A DNA stretch of 64,000 bases from Callorhinchus milii (lineage: Eukaryota), in assembly GCF_018977255.1 (NCBI RefSeq), contig NW_024704742.1, forward strand, positions 29,452,001 to 29,516,000, given 5' to 3'. Shown in pieces: positions 1-12,423 of the stretch (positions are counted from its first letter, which is position 1; each line of letters opens with the position of its first letter). Position numbers and translations under genes: made by a program. Below the pieces are notes generated by a model, which was not told the origin of the DNA, did no database searches, and saw nothing but the letters and a program-made list of their open reading frames with translations.

Positions 1-14
1 TGAAATGCTGTACG

Positions 15-86
15 CTGTCCAGCGCCTTGGGACGTCCTCCCGACGTGAAAGGTGCTACACAAATGTAATCTTGTTGTTGTTGTTGC
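15..86 (+). mobile_element. L2-type LINE 3' tail
   Basis: agcgccttgggacgtcctcccgacgtgaaagg...(TTG)n tail, which recurs throughout the window. Confidence 0.75.
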
Positions 87-729
87 TGAGAGCCCGGTCT
101 GACAAGCTGCCAGGTAGGATCACCTGTCTTGCAGGAGCTGAGTGGAAGGTTCCCTGCCCCTGGTGACCGGTGTCCGCTCCTCTAAGTATCGCCAATGAGG
201 CCCAGATTGGCTGATCCGTCGCCAGCTTTATCGCCCAATTCCACACATTGAAATTTGTCAGTCATTCCATCTTTCGTGCAAGTTTGTGGGGGCGCTCCTG
301 TGCACACATGTTATCTGGGGGGGTGGGGGGTGGGGGTGGGGGGGGTTGTTGGCCAGGACGCCGGGGGAGAAACCCCTTTCTGTTTGTGCATTAGCGCCGC
401 GGGATCTTTAATGTCCAGGTGGGCGGTGGGGGGGGCTGCGGGGCTCGGTCTAACATCTCCGCTTAGCCCGAAGGACGGCGAGTCGGACTGCGTGGGGCTC
501 CCCCAGCATTGCCCTGCAGTGTCAGCCTCAAAGTCCTGACCCATGGGGGGGGGTGGGGGGGGACTTGAACCCACAACCTCCAGCCCCAGAGGTGACTGAG
601 TCACATGGCTGCCCCCAGCAATGAAGGTCCCACACGTGAGGGGAGGGGGCGGGGCGATCGCGAGGGTCCATTGTCCACGACACAAAGGGTGACCCTACCC
701 CAGGCACCGCCCCCCCCCCCGTTACTCAC

Positions 730-784
730 TGTGACAGACGGCGGCGGAGCGGAACAGCCCGCGGGTCACCGTCACCATCATCAT
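730..784 (-). CDS. Candidate first coding exon of a divergent gene (mitochondrial presequence-like; possibly NDUFC1)
   Basis: ATG at 784 gives MMMVTVTRGLFRSAAVCH plus 1 nt, then consensus donor GTGAGT. The peptide is Arg/Thr/Ser-containing with no acidic residues. Human NAA15 neighbours NDUFC1/MGARP on this side (recall). Confidence 0.4.
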
Positions 785-785
785 C

Positions 786-814
786 GTGTGTGTGTGTGTG
801 TGAGTGTGTGTGTG
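786..814. repeat. (GT)n microsatellite
   Basis: gtgtgtgt... run with one interruption. Confidence 0.9.
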
Positions 815-2074
815 ACCTTCCGCTCCGACCGATCTCTGCGATCCACCGCCCAGGGTCTGCAGGCAGGAGCAATCGATCCCAGCCGGCTCTCGCGTCACGT
901 GATCCGAGGCCGCGACCACACCCCCCCCGTCACGTGACCGGGGGCTGCCGCCAAATGCCGCCCGGTTGGGCGGGTTTGGGTTGTGACTGCGGCTTTGGGC
1001 GGGTTCCTGATTTTTTTTTAAAAAAAACCACGTTTAAAGGTTTAGAACAAACGCAAAATGTTTATTTTTTCTTGCTTTTGGGGACACTTTTTTTACACCG
1101 TTGCAAAAAAAAAACACTGAACCTAAATTGGCCACTCTGCCCCCCATAGCAGGCAATGCATAATGTTGAGTCAGTATTTGGTGGACTTTGGGCTACAAAG
1201 TATTTTAATTTCTGGCCAAACCTACACACACTGTCCTCTCCCTCTCTCACACACACTCCCCCCCACCCCACCTTCTCGCCCCTCCAGATAGACCGCTAAA
1301 GATGCAGTCACTACAGTTCACAGAAAATAATGCTTGAGAAGATATATCGACGTGATAACATGCAGCACCAAATTCAAGCACTGGAATGGAAATACATTCT
1401 GTCCTGATATCGCAGATTGTCACAGTTACCCTGTTTTTGCAATCCTTAGTAATATGTAAATATATATATAGTATTATTTAAGGGAAATAATTAGATTCTG
1501 GTTAAGAGAAAGCTTCTTGCAGAAGCTGTTTGCAAGAACTAGCAAACGGCAGACGTGAGGTCCCCAAATTGCAACACTATCTGGGCTTTGGGTTGCTTGA
1601 TTGACAGGCAGTTAGCAAACAACCTGGAAAATCCGTGCACGCTCACACGGGAAAAGGCCTTCACATTCGCGTCATATGGTCAGCGGGGACCAGGCGCCTA
1701 TAAAAACCAATGCTCTGTGTGCCTCGCGGTCTCTGTCTAATGGTGGTCATCCGGCTGGCCTCGCTGACAACCCAACGCACTGGGGCCCCAACCGCTCACA
1801 GGGCAACATAAGGGGACGCTCACCGTATAGACGATCAGCCCCGAAAAGGGAATGTAATGCAAAGAACGGAATGTTATGTATCAGGACACATGGGAAAAAT
1901 GTAACCAAAGATGTTGTATTTGTACCAAATACTATATTTACAAATAAATATATATTTTCAAGAAAATAGGTGGACAGGACTATTGTACAAGTCAGGTTGG
2001 TTTAAATTCTTTTATACTAATGTAGTATTGTGCTGCTAATTGTTACAGTAATGTGTGGTCATTAAATTTGATCC

Positions 2075-2135
2075 TAGCCGGCACGGACACGATGGGCCGA
2101 ATGGCCTCTTTCTGTGCTGTATAATTCTGTGATTG
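2075..2135 (+). mobile_element. CR1/HE1-type 3' end fragment
   Basis: gatgggccgaatggcctctttctgtgctgtataattctgtgatt. Confidence 0.6.
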
Positions 2136-2811
2136 TTGTATCCTTAAATTGTTGTGTTTCTTGTATGCAAGGTAGCCTAGGGTTGGTAGGTCTTAATAAA
2201 GAACTGCTGTGTTTACCAATTGTATCCTCGAGTCTCTGCAAAAGTCTAAGACAAGAAAAGGAATCAATGACTTAAAGAATAGCTGTCGACATTGGAGTTC
2301 CGGCAGTGCGGACAGACCCTGATTCGACATCCCAGTTACCGGGCATTGGAGTTAACCAGAAATACCTGTGAGTGACTAATTCTGAATCGGTTGAGACACC
2401 TTTGAGCAGGGACTCACACTGATAGGTTTAGAAAAGAGCAGAGGCCACTTAGTGTCTAAGCGTTACTAAAATTCGCAACTACAACAAGAAGTGATAACTG
2501 TTTCAAGATGTCAAAAAGACATGCCAAGCACCAAATCACTACAAGATTTTTTTGGGGAAAAGCTTCATAAATTGGTGAAATTAATATTAGGCTCAGAGTG
2601 TACCACACTGGGAAATGTTACGAGTGCCTGAAACTGGCAGGTTGAGATGATCAAATCTTCATAAGATCACAAAATTGGTTTGGATGAAGAAGTCCCTACA
2701 GCCCATCTGATCTCATCTCTCCAGAATACCCACCCTTCCTGCCCTCACTGTCCTATGGTGTCCTTGCCTCAACAACTCTTGTTTCAGTCGCTAATTGCCA
2801 ACTGAGTAAAG

Positions 2812-3835
2812 ACAACAACAACAACATTTGTGTATATAGCGCCTTTCACATCAGGAGGACGTCCTAAGGTGCTGGACAGAGTTTCAGAACCAAGCTGGGG
2901 GGCGGGGTAGGGTAGGATGGAGGGCAGGGGGGCAAGCAGGGAGATCAAAAGCACGGTTGAAGAGGAGGATCTTGAGATGAGTCTTGAAGGAGGAGAGGGA
3001 GGGGGTGAGGCAGAGGGATTGTGGGATGGAGTTCCAGAGGGTGGGGGCAGAGTGGCAGAAGGCCCACCGGCCAACAGTGGGGCAAGTGAGGCGGGGGATG
3101 TGAAGCAGGCTGGAGCCTGCTGAGCGGAGAGAGCGAACAGGCTGATAAAGGGTTAGGGGATCGGAGAGGTAGGGGGGAAGCAAGACCATGGAGGGTTTTG
3201 AAGGTGAAGACCAGCATCTTGAATTGTATCCTCTGTGCAATGGGAAGCCAATGGAGTCGGTGAGGATGGGGTTGATAGGGTCATGGAGCCTGGTGCAGGA
3301 GAGGACACGGGCTGCAGAGTTCTGGATGATCTGCAACCTATGGAGGGAGGAGTTGGGGAGGCAGATAAGCAGGGAGTTTACATAGTCAAGCCTGGATGTA
3401 ATGAAAGCATGGATGAGGGTTTCAGCGGCCTGCGGTGAGAGACAGTGGCAGAGCCGGGCGATGTTGCGGAGGTGGGGGAAGGCAGAGCAGGTTATGGCAC
3501 AGATGTGGGGAAGAAAGGATAGTTGAGGGTCAAACAAGATGCCAAGGTCCCGGACTGGCTTAGTAAGGTGGAGTGTGCATCGTGGATGGTGATGCTGTCA
3601 GCGCCTGAGGTGAGGAGGCGCTGACCGGAGCCAATCAGGACAGCCTCAGTCTTGTTGACGTTCAACTGAAGAAAGTTAGCTCTCATCCAGGACTTGATGT
3701 CTGATAGACATTCTGTCAGTAGAGCAGTGGTCGTGGAGTCAAGGGTGGAGGCAGAGAGGTAGAGTTGGGCCACCACATGAGACGGTGCGGAGGCTAGAGG
3801 AGAAACCATTTGTGGAGATGAAGTGGAGGGGGTGT
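2812..3835 (-). mobile_element. L2-clade LINE 3' fragment (RT C-terminus plus tail), decayed
   Basis: Minus-strand peptides CLSDIKSWMRANFLQLNVNKTE and AETLIHAFITSRLDY...LQIIQNSAARVL; (AAC)n tail at 2812. Confidence 0.9.
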
Positions 3836-3914
3836 GAGAGGTACGATCTGAACCAGTCAAGAACAGAGCCGTGAAGGTTGAGGTGAGAGGAGAAGTGATA
3901 GATGAGGATAGAGT

Positions 3915-4265
3915 GTCTTCAAATCCTTCCACTCCTCTGCATCCCCCTACCTCTCTGACCTCTCTCCTCAAAACAGTACTCGTTGCCTTCGATCCTCTCG
4001 GTATGGCCTTCTCCTTGTACCCCGAGTCCTCCGCTCCACCCTCGGCAGCCGTGCCTTCAGCCACTATGCCCTGAGGCTCTGGAACTCCCTTCCTCACTCC
4101 CTTCACCTCATCCCCTCTCTTCCTATTTTCAGGTCTCAGCTGAAGACCTCTCTTTTCGACCGCACCTTTGGTCAACTTCCTCGGCCCTGGGATCCGTTAC
4201 TGTGAAGCGCTCTGAGACGCCGTGCAGTGTGGAGGGCGCTATATAAATCCAAGTTGTTGTTGTTG
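3915..4265 (+). mobile_element. L2-clade LINE 3' fragment
   Basis: gccttcagccactatgccc...ctctggaactccct...ggagggcgctatataaatccaagttgttgttg. Confidence 0.8.
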
Positions 4266-7200
4266 AGTGGTTGACGGTATCGAAGGCAGCAGAAAGGTCC
4301 ACCTGGTCGAAAAACTTTCTGTTGTCCTGAAATTGCCCTCGTCAGTCTATTATTTGAGTTGGGTGTACAAAAATTCTCTTCCCAGTCCCCTTTATTGTGG
4401 TGTTGTAAATGTAATTACTGAAAGAAAGGACATTTTTATATAGAGTTATTGTAAGGTACCTCATAGGTAATTACTATTAAGTGAAGTGACTTATTGTAAG
4501 CAAACACAGCAGCCATTTGAATGCTAAAAGTCTCACAAACAGTTTGGTGGTGAACGACCAAAGAAACACGAAGAGAAGTTCCCTTCTGTTTTCAAATACA
4601 ATAGAAAACCATGTATTTTCATATCCTACTATCAGCATCAGACATCGATCCAAAAGTCAGGTTGGGCTGTGTTGTGAGGAAATGTTTTTCAGTTGCGTGC
4701 ATGCACTTGAGGTATCCAAGAACATGATTTTGAAACAGCTTTGTGATGCGGAGAGATCAAATTCAAATAATAATAATAAAAATGATTTTTTTTGTATTTG
4801 ATATAGTACCTGTGACTCTAAATATCATGAGATGCTTCACAAGGCCTGTCAAGAATAGTGACTATGTATCTTTAGGCAAACTCGACAGCCATTTTACCCA
4901 CGAAGCCCCCTTTCCCCCAGCAAAGGTTTCTCAAATAAAAGAATGAAGTTGATTTTTTTTATTAGGTGTTTGAAAGCAGTTCTTAATTTTACAAAGATGC
5001 ACAGAGATGGTATGGCCCAATTGGAACCATTAAGTAGGTGATATTGTATTTGATTTGCAAACAAATCCACCTTGCAACCTCAGTGCAACCTCAGTGAATC
5101 CCCTGCTGTTCTTACGGGCAATTCAGAAATATTTAAAGTTATAAAAATAATCTCGATGTTCCCAGTGAGGATTCAGCAGCTCAGCTTTGCAATTAGACCC
5201 CAAATCAATAAGAGGATCAAATGCCCACATATTAATATTTATGCAGTAGAGTTACTTTATCTTGTCATCTATATTGCTATAAACAAACATTTGTGCTGCA
5301 TTAGCGGTGTGTTTTTCACATTTGCCAAAATCTTTGGCAGCTAGCTGGAGCTGCTCTGAGTTAAATACATTGCAGATTGGATTCAAATGGAAAAAAAGGG
5401 TGATCCTAACCCCAGGCTTTCACATGAGGGAGAGGGGAATGGAAGGGTAGGAGAGAGAATAAGCAATGGATGAAAACTCGTGTGGGGTACAAAGTATGGG
5501 TGCACATCTGGTTACCTGACTTGCTCGGGCAGTCGTGCAGACATGGTTCAGGTCTGCATTGCCCTTTTGACAATTTGGGGTTTAGAAGAGTTTGGGAGGG
5601 ATTGGGGCTTGTCTGCGGGGACAACCCTTGTTCCCAAAGTGGAACGTATTTGGTCTAATTTGGTTAATGGGGGTGAGTTACAAGATCCACCTTGTAATAA
5701 CGTATGGGTAGAGTGGGATGATATAAGTCTGAACTTACAATTAAACTCAGGACATTTTCAATGTATAGCACGGAAACAGGCCACGCAGCCAAACTAGTCG
5801 ATGCTGGGACAAGTTGGGCTGAGTGGCCTGTTTCCATGCTGTACCGCATTTGTAAATGTCCTAAGTCCAATTTCTTCAAAGTAATTGCAAGTTCAGACTT
5901 ATATCAACTCACCCTACCCATATTTTGATTTAAATTTGAACAGACACAGCCCTGAAGCCTCTTGGTACAGAGCCAGCTATTCATGCTACAGTTTGTGAGC
6001 TGCAACTCCCAATTTTTTCTTTTCTGTTCTATTTTATGCTGAGTTCTGGGGAACCTACACTTAATAATGTAAGTGCATAAGAGAATATGGAGCAAGAAGG
6101 GGGCAGGCTTCCAGCCTTTCTGTCTCACTCTCTGAGTCAATTCCTCATCCCGTTTAAGGTCTGTCTCAAGACCTACCTCTTTGTCCGCACTTTCGGTCAT
6201 CTTTCCCCTCCCACGCCCCACTTGGGAGCTAGTATTTTTAAGAATTTTAGGACATCCTTCTGATGTGAAAGGTGCTATCTAAATTCACATTTGTGTTGTA
6301 TTAATATATGGATATTTCTGAGCAAATGCCCTGAGGGTAATTGAGCGAAGACCTCAGGATATTAAACAAACATTACAATCAACATTATCAATCTTGAGTT
6401 GTATTCCACAAACAGCATTTAAATAATCTCAACAGGGTCAGAACACTCGATAGAAGTATGCCAATGCACACACTGGGATCCCTAAGCCTTGGCACTTGCT
6501 ATCCTGTGCCAAATATTCTCCAGAATCAGGTAAGCAGAGGATGTTCTCCAACAAGAGAGCACGCATTCCATTCCAAACACAGAAATTTCCATATGTAAGT
6601 GATATACATACAGTAGTTGGAACTCTCAATCTGATTTGGATCCTCCTCAGGCTGATGATGGGTGGACCAAAGATAAATCCTTTCTTTAGGCAGTGACTCA
6701 CACCTGGAATTACGTTTACAGGCGCCAGAACCTCACCCAAAAGCTTGTTCTTAATGTGTGAATCAAGTCAGAGAGTGCCAGTGTCCGTTCTCCTTATCCC
6801 TTACCTGATAATAATAATTCTTGCATTTGATGTGCTGAAATGTCTCAAAGCGCTTCACAGAATATGCTATAAAGTGAATTGTCTGTATATTTTGTGGGTG
6901 AAACGCAATTGCGCGCCGCAGTGCCCCACAAACAGATGTGACAGCCCTTACTTCCTAATTATCTCTTTTTAAACACAACTGATTCAAATTTGTGATCTTC
7001 TGAAGCATCTTTACAGCTTTTTGCATGAAGTCTTTGGATTCATGTTTAACTGACTGGGTTTTAATTTTAACATTGTGTCCCTTTGCTTTTGGATTCTCTA
7101 GGAGAGGGAAGTCAATTTCTATCTCCCTTGTCAATTCCCTTTATTATTTGCGTCAATCATCCCTTAGCTCTGAAGAACATAATCCAAGTTTAACCAGTTT

Positions 7201-9613
7201 CTTATCCTATAACTCATAAGTAACATCATGTTGAATCATTGCTGACCAGTATAGCCTTCCTAAGGTGTAGTAGATAAAACATTACAATTCTCCAGATAAG
7301 ATTGAACCAGTGCTTCTATATACAGTACTACAACAATAACAAATTACAATTTGTATAGGCGTCACGTTGGGAGAATGTCCCAAAGTGCTGACAGTTTTCA
7401 GTAACTGCTTTTGATGTCGGAATTTGTAAATCTGTTATCAATGTACTAATTGATCTCATTAACTGATATGTTAATCTAATTAATTTACCCATGTTCAAGT
7501 ATTCACATAACTTTCAAGTCCTGAATCCTCCAGTACATTTTGTTACAATCATTTCAAAGAACCCAGCACCTCAGGAACTATCAAGTTTTAACAATAAGAT
7601 AACTTGCATTTACATAACACCTTTCATGTAAAATAAATATCTAAAGCACTTTACAATTTGAAATGAGGAGAATCATTCTAGGTGATAGCAGCATCTCAGC
7701 TGTGCTATTAGCATTCCATGAACAACAAGAGGGGAGCTAAAATATTTGAAATTTGGAATAGAAAATGCAAATCAAGGTTACCAAAAGAAAATACTCTTCA
7801 AAGCTTTGAAATAACATTTGCCAGGGTGGTCCCTTTACATCCACCTCAACCACGGAAGTCAGCCGGAGCCTAAATTTAATAGGACAATCAATGAATACAA
7901 ATGCAAAATTTAAATGTCTTCAACCATGCAATAGTAATGATGGACCATGAAAGGTGAAAGAACTGACATAATCACTGAAAACCCTGGTACCTAAGTACAT
8001 CTCCCAGATGCTCACACTGCACTCCTCTACCCTCCCCTTTCACTCAGCCGGCTTGGGCCTTCTGACGTCCCTCGACCTCTACACTCCACCTTCGGTGACC
8101 ATGCTTTTAGCCACTCTGTCCAACCCTTTCGAAGTCCCTGCCTCAATTCTTTTGCCTTGTTCCCCTCTTTGTCCGTCTTCAGATCGCACCTGAAGACGTT
8201 CTTTCTTCGATCAGCTCTTTTACCTCTTTATAGCTCTTTAGCCATCCCTTTGTTTGCCTGGTGTGTGAAGGCAGATTTTGTGTTCGTGTTTTTCTACAGG
8301 TCATGAAATTGTCTGTGGAAATGCTGCAATTTACTTTGGCCATTAGAATTTTATATTGAGCTGGTTTGCCAGATTATGGATTTTTGTGCAATATTCACAA
8401 AAACGGTTGTCGGCAGATGGCCTTTTGGCTTTTCTTTGTCTTTTGTTGAAAGATGAGTCAGTACATCTGGATAGTGAACAGTTTTATTGCTTATAGGATT
8501 CAAGATATATTTGTCCTGCTTCCTAAGGTGCTAAATATTGATCTTTGCAGTGTTGCACTGGTTGGTTATATTAGCTGTGTGAACAGCAAATATTACAGAG
8601 CCTGCTGTGAGGGAACCAACATTTTCTTAAGCGTTCGTAAATTATTATACCATTGGGCCTCTTATGCACGACAGGAGGAAAGATGCCTTTGTCTCATTAA
8701 TCTTCTGTCCTATTTCAGAAAGATAAGGACACAGCTTTGAGAAAAAAAATTCTTATTGCATCATAAAACAGCAATGGATACACACAGTAAAGTCGTGCTG
8801 CCAGTGAACCTCGGCCATTACTCTGTCTCTCTGAGAAAAGCCGCTCATTTCAAGCATGGTTGCAAGGAGTTAATGCATACATTTAATGTATCATACGAGA
8901 CAATATCAACCAATCACAAGAACAGTCTACGTTGACCTTTAGTGTAGCGTGAAATATTTATTGACTTTGCAAAGTAATGTCAAAGTGAAAATCATGAAAA
9001 TGTATGAATAATCAACATTCTGCATAAAAACTGTTTAATCTTCTTATTCTGGTAGGTCAATTAAGCGTATAAAAGTTTTCTCATTATTATTTTGTTTTGA
9101 ATTTCTCAGATAAATATAAGTTCATAATTTTTCCTCCAGTAAAGGAAGGTTACAAAAGAGGTGCCTCTGTTGTCTTAATGTCATAACCCTAATGTCAATT
9201 CAGCATTTTTTGACAATGTTTTAGTCTCCAACAATATAAACCACTCAGTCATATAGATTGATTTAACAATTGATGGGGCACCATTAACTGCAATGTATTC
9301 TATGATATTTTCTCCTAATTTTCTCCTTTTTTCATGAAGGTGCTAGCTCTTGCCTACAAATACAGTTCAATCCTGTGAAGCGTCTTGAAAGGATTTGACA
9401 ACATGATTAAGTGTTATGTCAAATGCAAGAATTATTATTAATCACATAAATATTAACAGTTCTCTGATATCTTGTTTTAAGTGGTCAATCTTCATTCAGT
9501 CTGAACAATGATTGTCAGTGAGATATTGAATCACAGCAGCCATCCCATTTGAGCGCCAACTTATTGTCCTTCAACATCCAATCTGCACTGTTCAGCAGGT
9601 ATTAGACAGTGGC

Positions 9614-9950
9614 AAACAACAACAACAAATTACCCTTGTATAGCACCCTTCACGTCGGAAAGATGTCCCAGGGCGCTGGACAGTCAGGGGTTTTTGGGCC
9701 CGAGCTGAGAGTTAGGGTCAGGAGGCGTGGAGGGCAAGGGTGGAGGTGGGAGGGTGGCCCAAGGCACGGTTGAAAGAGGCAAGAAAGGGAGTGAGGTGGA
9801 GAGATTGCGGGATAGTGTTCCAGAGGGTTGGAAAGATGCTCAATGCCCAACTGCCAATGGTGGGCGAGAAGTGCGGGGGAGCTGAAGCAGGCCAATGTCC
9901 ACCAAGCGGAAGGAATCAATAAGCTGATATAGGGTTAGGAAGTCGGTGTA
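9614..9950 (-). mobile_element. L2-clade LINE 3' fragment
   Basis: (AAC)n tail plus the stem-loop tail and a purine-rich body shared with other copies. Confidence 0.75.
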
Positions 9951-10025
9951 GGAACCTGTCATAACTTTTCTCCTCCATATCACAGGAAGATAAGAGCCAA
10001 ATGTAATGCTCTCCCAGCTGAGACC

Positions 10026-10423
10026 TGGAGGCCTGTAGTGTACTGGTTAGAGCTCTTGCCTTGCAAGTGAGACGACCTGAGTTTGATTCCCAGGCGGGGT
10101 GAAACCTTAGGCAAGTTTCCTTACTCCTCATGTCTCTGTTCACCTAACAGTAAGAAGGAACCCGGTTGTTAGTTGAATTGGCGTATCGTTTTCCAGGGGG
10201 AATAATCCCTTCAAATTAATCGAATAAATAAAAATAAAATAATAATAATTTGGTCACTCAATCTACAACTGTTTGTGGGACATTGCTGTGTGCACTTGGT
10301 TGACGCGTTTTACCCATAAAATATACAGTCAATTCAATTTACAGTATATTTTTGTGAAGGGCTTTGAGACGTCTCAACAATGTGATAAGGCACTATATGA
10401 AATGTAAGGATTATTATTATTAT
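10026..10423 (+). mobile_element. tRNA-derived SINE, near full length, (TTA)n tail
   Basis: A box tagtgtactgg, B box gagtttgattcc, CORE-like ccttaggcaagtttcc, L2-like tail ending aaggattattattatta. Confidence 0.8.
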
Positions 10424-10754
10424 CTAATGCTGAGTTAATCTGTGTCATCATTGGAGGGAAGAAGGTGGCCAAGTGGAAGTGCTGATAGCAAGCATCATTC
10501 TTCTAACAACTGCACCTTTTACCTTAGAAAGTGCTCCCTTCAGCTTTGGTTCCACTCATGCTGGACATTATTATTGTGCATTCTTTTCACAGTAATATGA
10601 TTTCCTACCAGTAAATATCTCTGGTTGATGCTTTTACAGCAGAGAAAGAAGCTTTAATAATCTTACACAACGCAAGGAAAAAGAAAAATTATGAGGTCTG
10701 TTTTGTATTCTAGATACAGCATCCTTTCACTTGATAAATACAAATGTTATGTTA

Positions 10755-10845
10755 AAAAATGCTGGAAATCTACAATAAGTGGATTGCCATCTGAAAGAGA
10801 AAATAAGTTAACGTTTCAGATACGACACATCTTCAAAACATTATG
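10755..10845 (-). mobile_element. Penelope-like element terminal fragment
   Basis: aaatgctggaaa...catctg...gttaacgtttc motif, similar to the copy at 11924. Confidence 0.45.
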
Positions 10846-11164
10846 AGCAGTTGTCTAAAGATGGCCAAGAGCTGTTTACAATGGTCATAAAAATAAGAGC
10901 TCAATCTCTTCCTGGAATAAAATACAAATGTGTTCTACTTTGGTGGGTGCTCAAGTTCAAGGTCAGAGGAAGTGGCAAGAGAAAGGCATTTTTGCTGACC
11001 TCTTGATAAGAAAGTCAATGTTCTTGCCTATCGTAGAACAAATTATCAAAGCATAATTAAGTAGACATAAAAGGGGATCTGTAATGTATGAATGCAGAGA
11101 ACATCTCACTGAAAGCCCTATAGGGAACATTGGAACTTCCCACCGATTCAAAATTAGAGATGTT

Positions 11165-11370
11165 ATAATAATAATAATAATCCTTGCATTTGATATAGCG
11201 CTTTTCACGTCGGGAGGACGTCCCAAAGCGCTTCACAGAACACACTGTAAAGTGAATTGACTGTATATTTGTGGGCGAACGCGGCAACCAATTGTGCACA
11301 GAGGTGTCCCACAAACAGTCGTGGCTTGAAAATGACCAATTTATTATTGTTTTGGAGGGATTATTATTTT
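11165..11370 (-). mobile_element. SINE 3' half (same family as 10026 and 60939)
   Basis: (TAA)n ccttgcatttgatatagcgcttttcacgtcgggaggacgtccc...cccacaaacagtc. Confidence 0.8.
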
Positions 11371-11399
11371 TAGGCAAATGAGGCAGAAAATTTGCACCC

Positions 11400-11655
11400 A
11401 TTAGTGTCCTTAAACAGCAGTGAAGTAAAATGATGAATTTTATCTGGGGACTTGATGGCAAAGCCATCAGGGGAAACTCCCTTCTCTTTTTCAGTAGTGC
11501 CAATGGAATCGTAACATCTATCTGAAAAGGCAGACAGAACCTCAGTGTAATGTTTCATCTGAAGGATGACAGCTCTGATAAGCACTGCAATGGAGTACCA
11601 GCCTAGACTATGAGCTCAAAGTGTCAATTTGGGGCTTGAACCAACAATCTCCCGA
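11400..11655 (-). mobile_element. Deu-domain SINE fragment
   Basis: tagtgccaatggaatc...catctgaaggatgacag...gcttgaacc; similar copies at ~22490, 27040, 36310, 41530, 51640 and 53620. Confidence 0.6.
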
Positions 11656-11832
11656 TGTCCTTGCTAATAATACTCTGGATAAAATTGATCATCTGTTTCA
11701 CACCTGCTCATGAGACATTGTTGTGTACAAAATAACTGTCATGTCTGTCTGCAAAATGCAGTCGTTGCACCATACAATACATCCTGCGAGGAGCTTTAAG
11801 ACATTTCTATGACATTGTAAGATGCTATATTG

Positions 11833-12423
11833 TGGAGTCCTGTAGCTCAGTGGTTAGAGCACTCGCCTCGCAAGCGAGAGACCTGGTTTTGATTCCCAGC
11901 AGGGCGAAACCTTAAGCAAGTTTAAAACAGAAACAGAAATCGCTGGGAACACTCAGCAGGTCAGGCAGCATCTATGGAGAAAGGAAAGTGAGTCAACGTT
12001 TCGGGTCCACAACCCTTTGTGAGAACTGGGGCAGGTTAGGAGGGAGAGGCTTTAAAGGGCTAACAGAGAAGGGGGAGGCAGGACAAGGAAGACAAAGGAG
12101 AAAATGGGGTAGAGGACAGGGGATGATGGGTTAAAGCGGTGTTCATGATGCAAAACAAAGTGGGGGATTGCAACAAAGTGGGGGAATAGAGGTGTTAATA
12201 CTGCAAAACAAAGGGGGGAACAATTGCAACAAAATAGGCAGACCAGAGAGTGAGTAGGGTAAAATTGGTCACTTAATGCATGACTGTTTGTGGCTCACTT
12301 CTGTGCGCAATTGGCTGCCGCGTTTCTCCCACAAAATATAGTCAATTCACTTTGACTGTGAATACAGCGATAAGGTGCTGTATCAAATGCAAGGATCATT
12401 TATATCAAATGCAAGGATTATTT
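11833..12423 (+). mobile_element. tRNA-SINE split by a Penelope-like insertion (11924-~12260)
   Basis: Head tgtagctcagtggttagagc...gattccc at 11833-11923; then aaacagaaatcgctgggaacactcagcaggtcaggcagcatc; SINE 3' part resumes ~12261 with a duplicated tail. Confidence 0.7.

Larger units (their letters stand above)
600..1005 (-). promoter_or_regulatory. CpG-island promoter of a divergent minus-strand gene
   Basis: CpG-rich; GTCACGTGAT 894-903 and GTCACGTGAC 929-938 (USF/MiT-TFE type E-boxes); GC boxes; minus-strand donor GTGAGTAA at 729. Confidence 0.65.

Noticed and set aside
2884..4175. 217-aa and 227-aa minus-strand ORFs
   Set aside because: Frameshifted L2 RT fragments and antisense LINE sequence, not host genes
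8281..8900. Non-repetitive, coding-looking block incl. the 95-aa ORF at 8453
   Set aside because: Frames I read have stops, there is no recognisable homology and no convincing splice pair
11833..11905. tRNA-like sequences (also ~10026, 59530, 61180)
   Set aside because: SINE heads that run directly into SINE bodies; no complete cloverleaf
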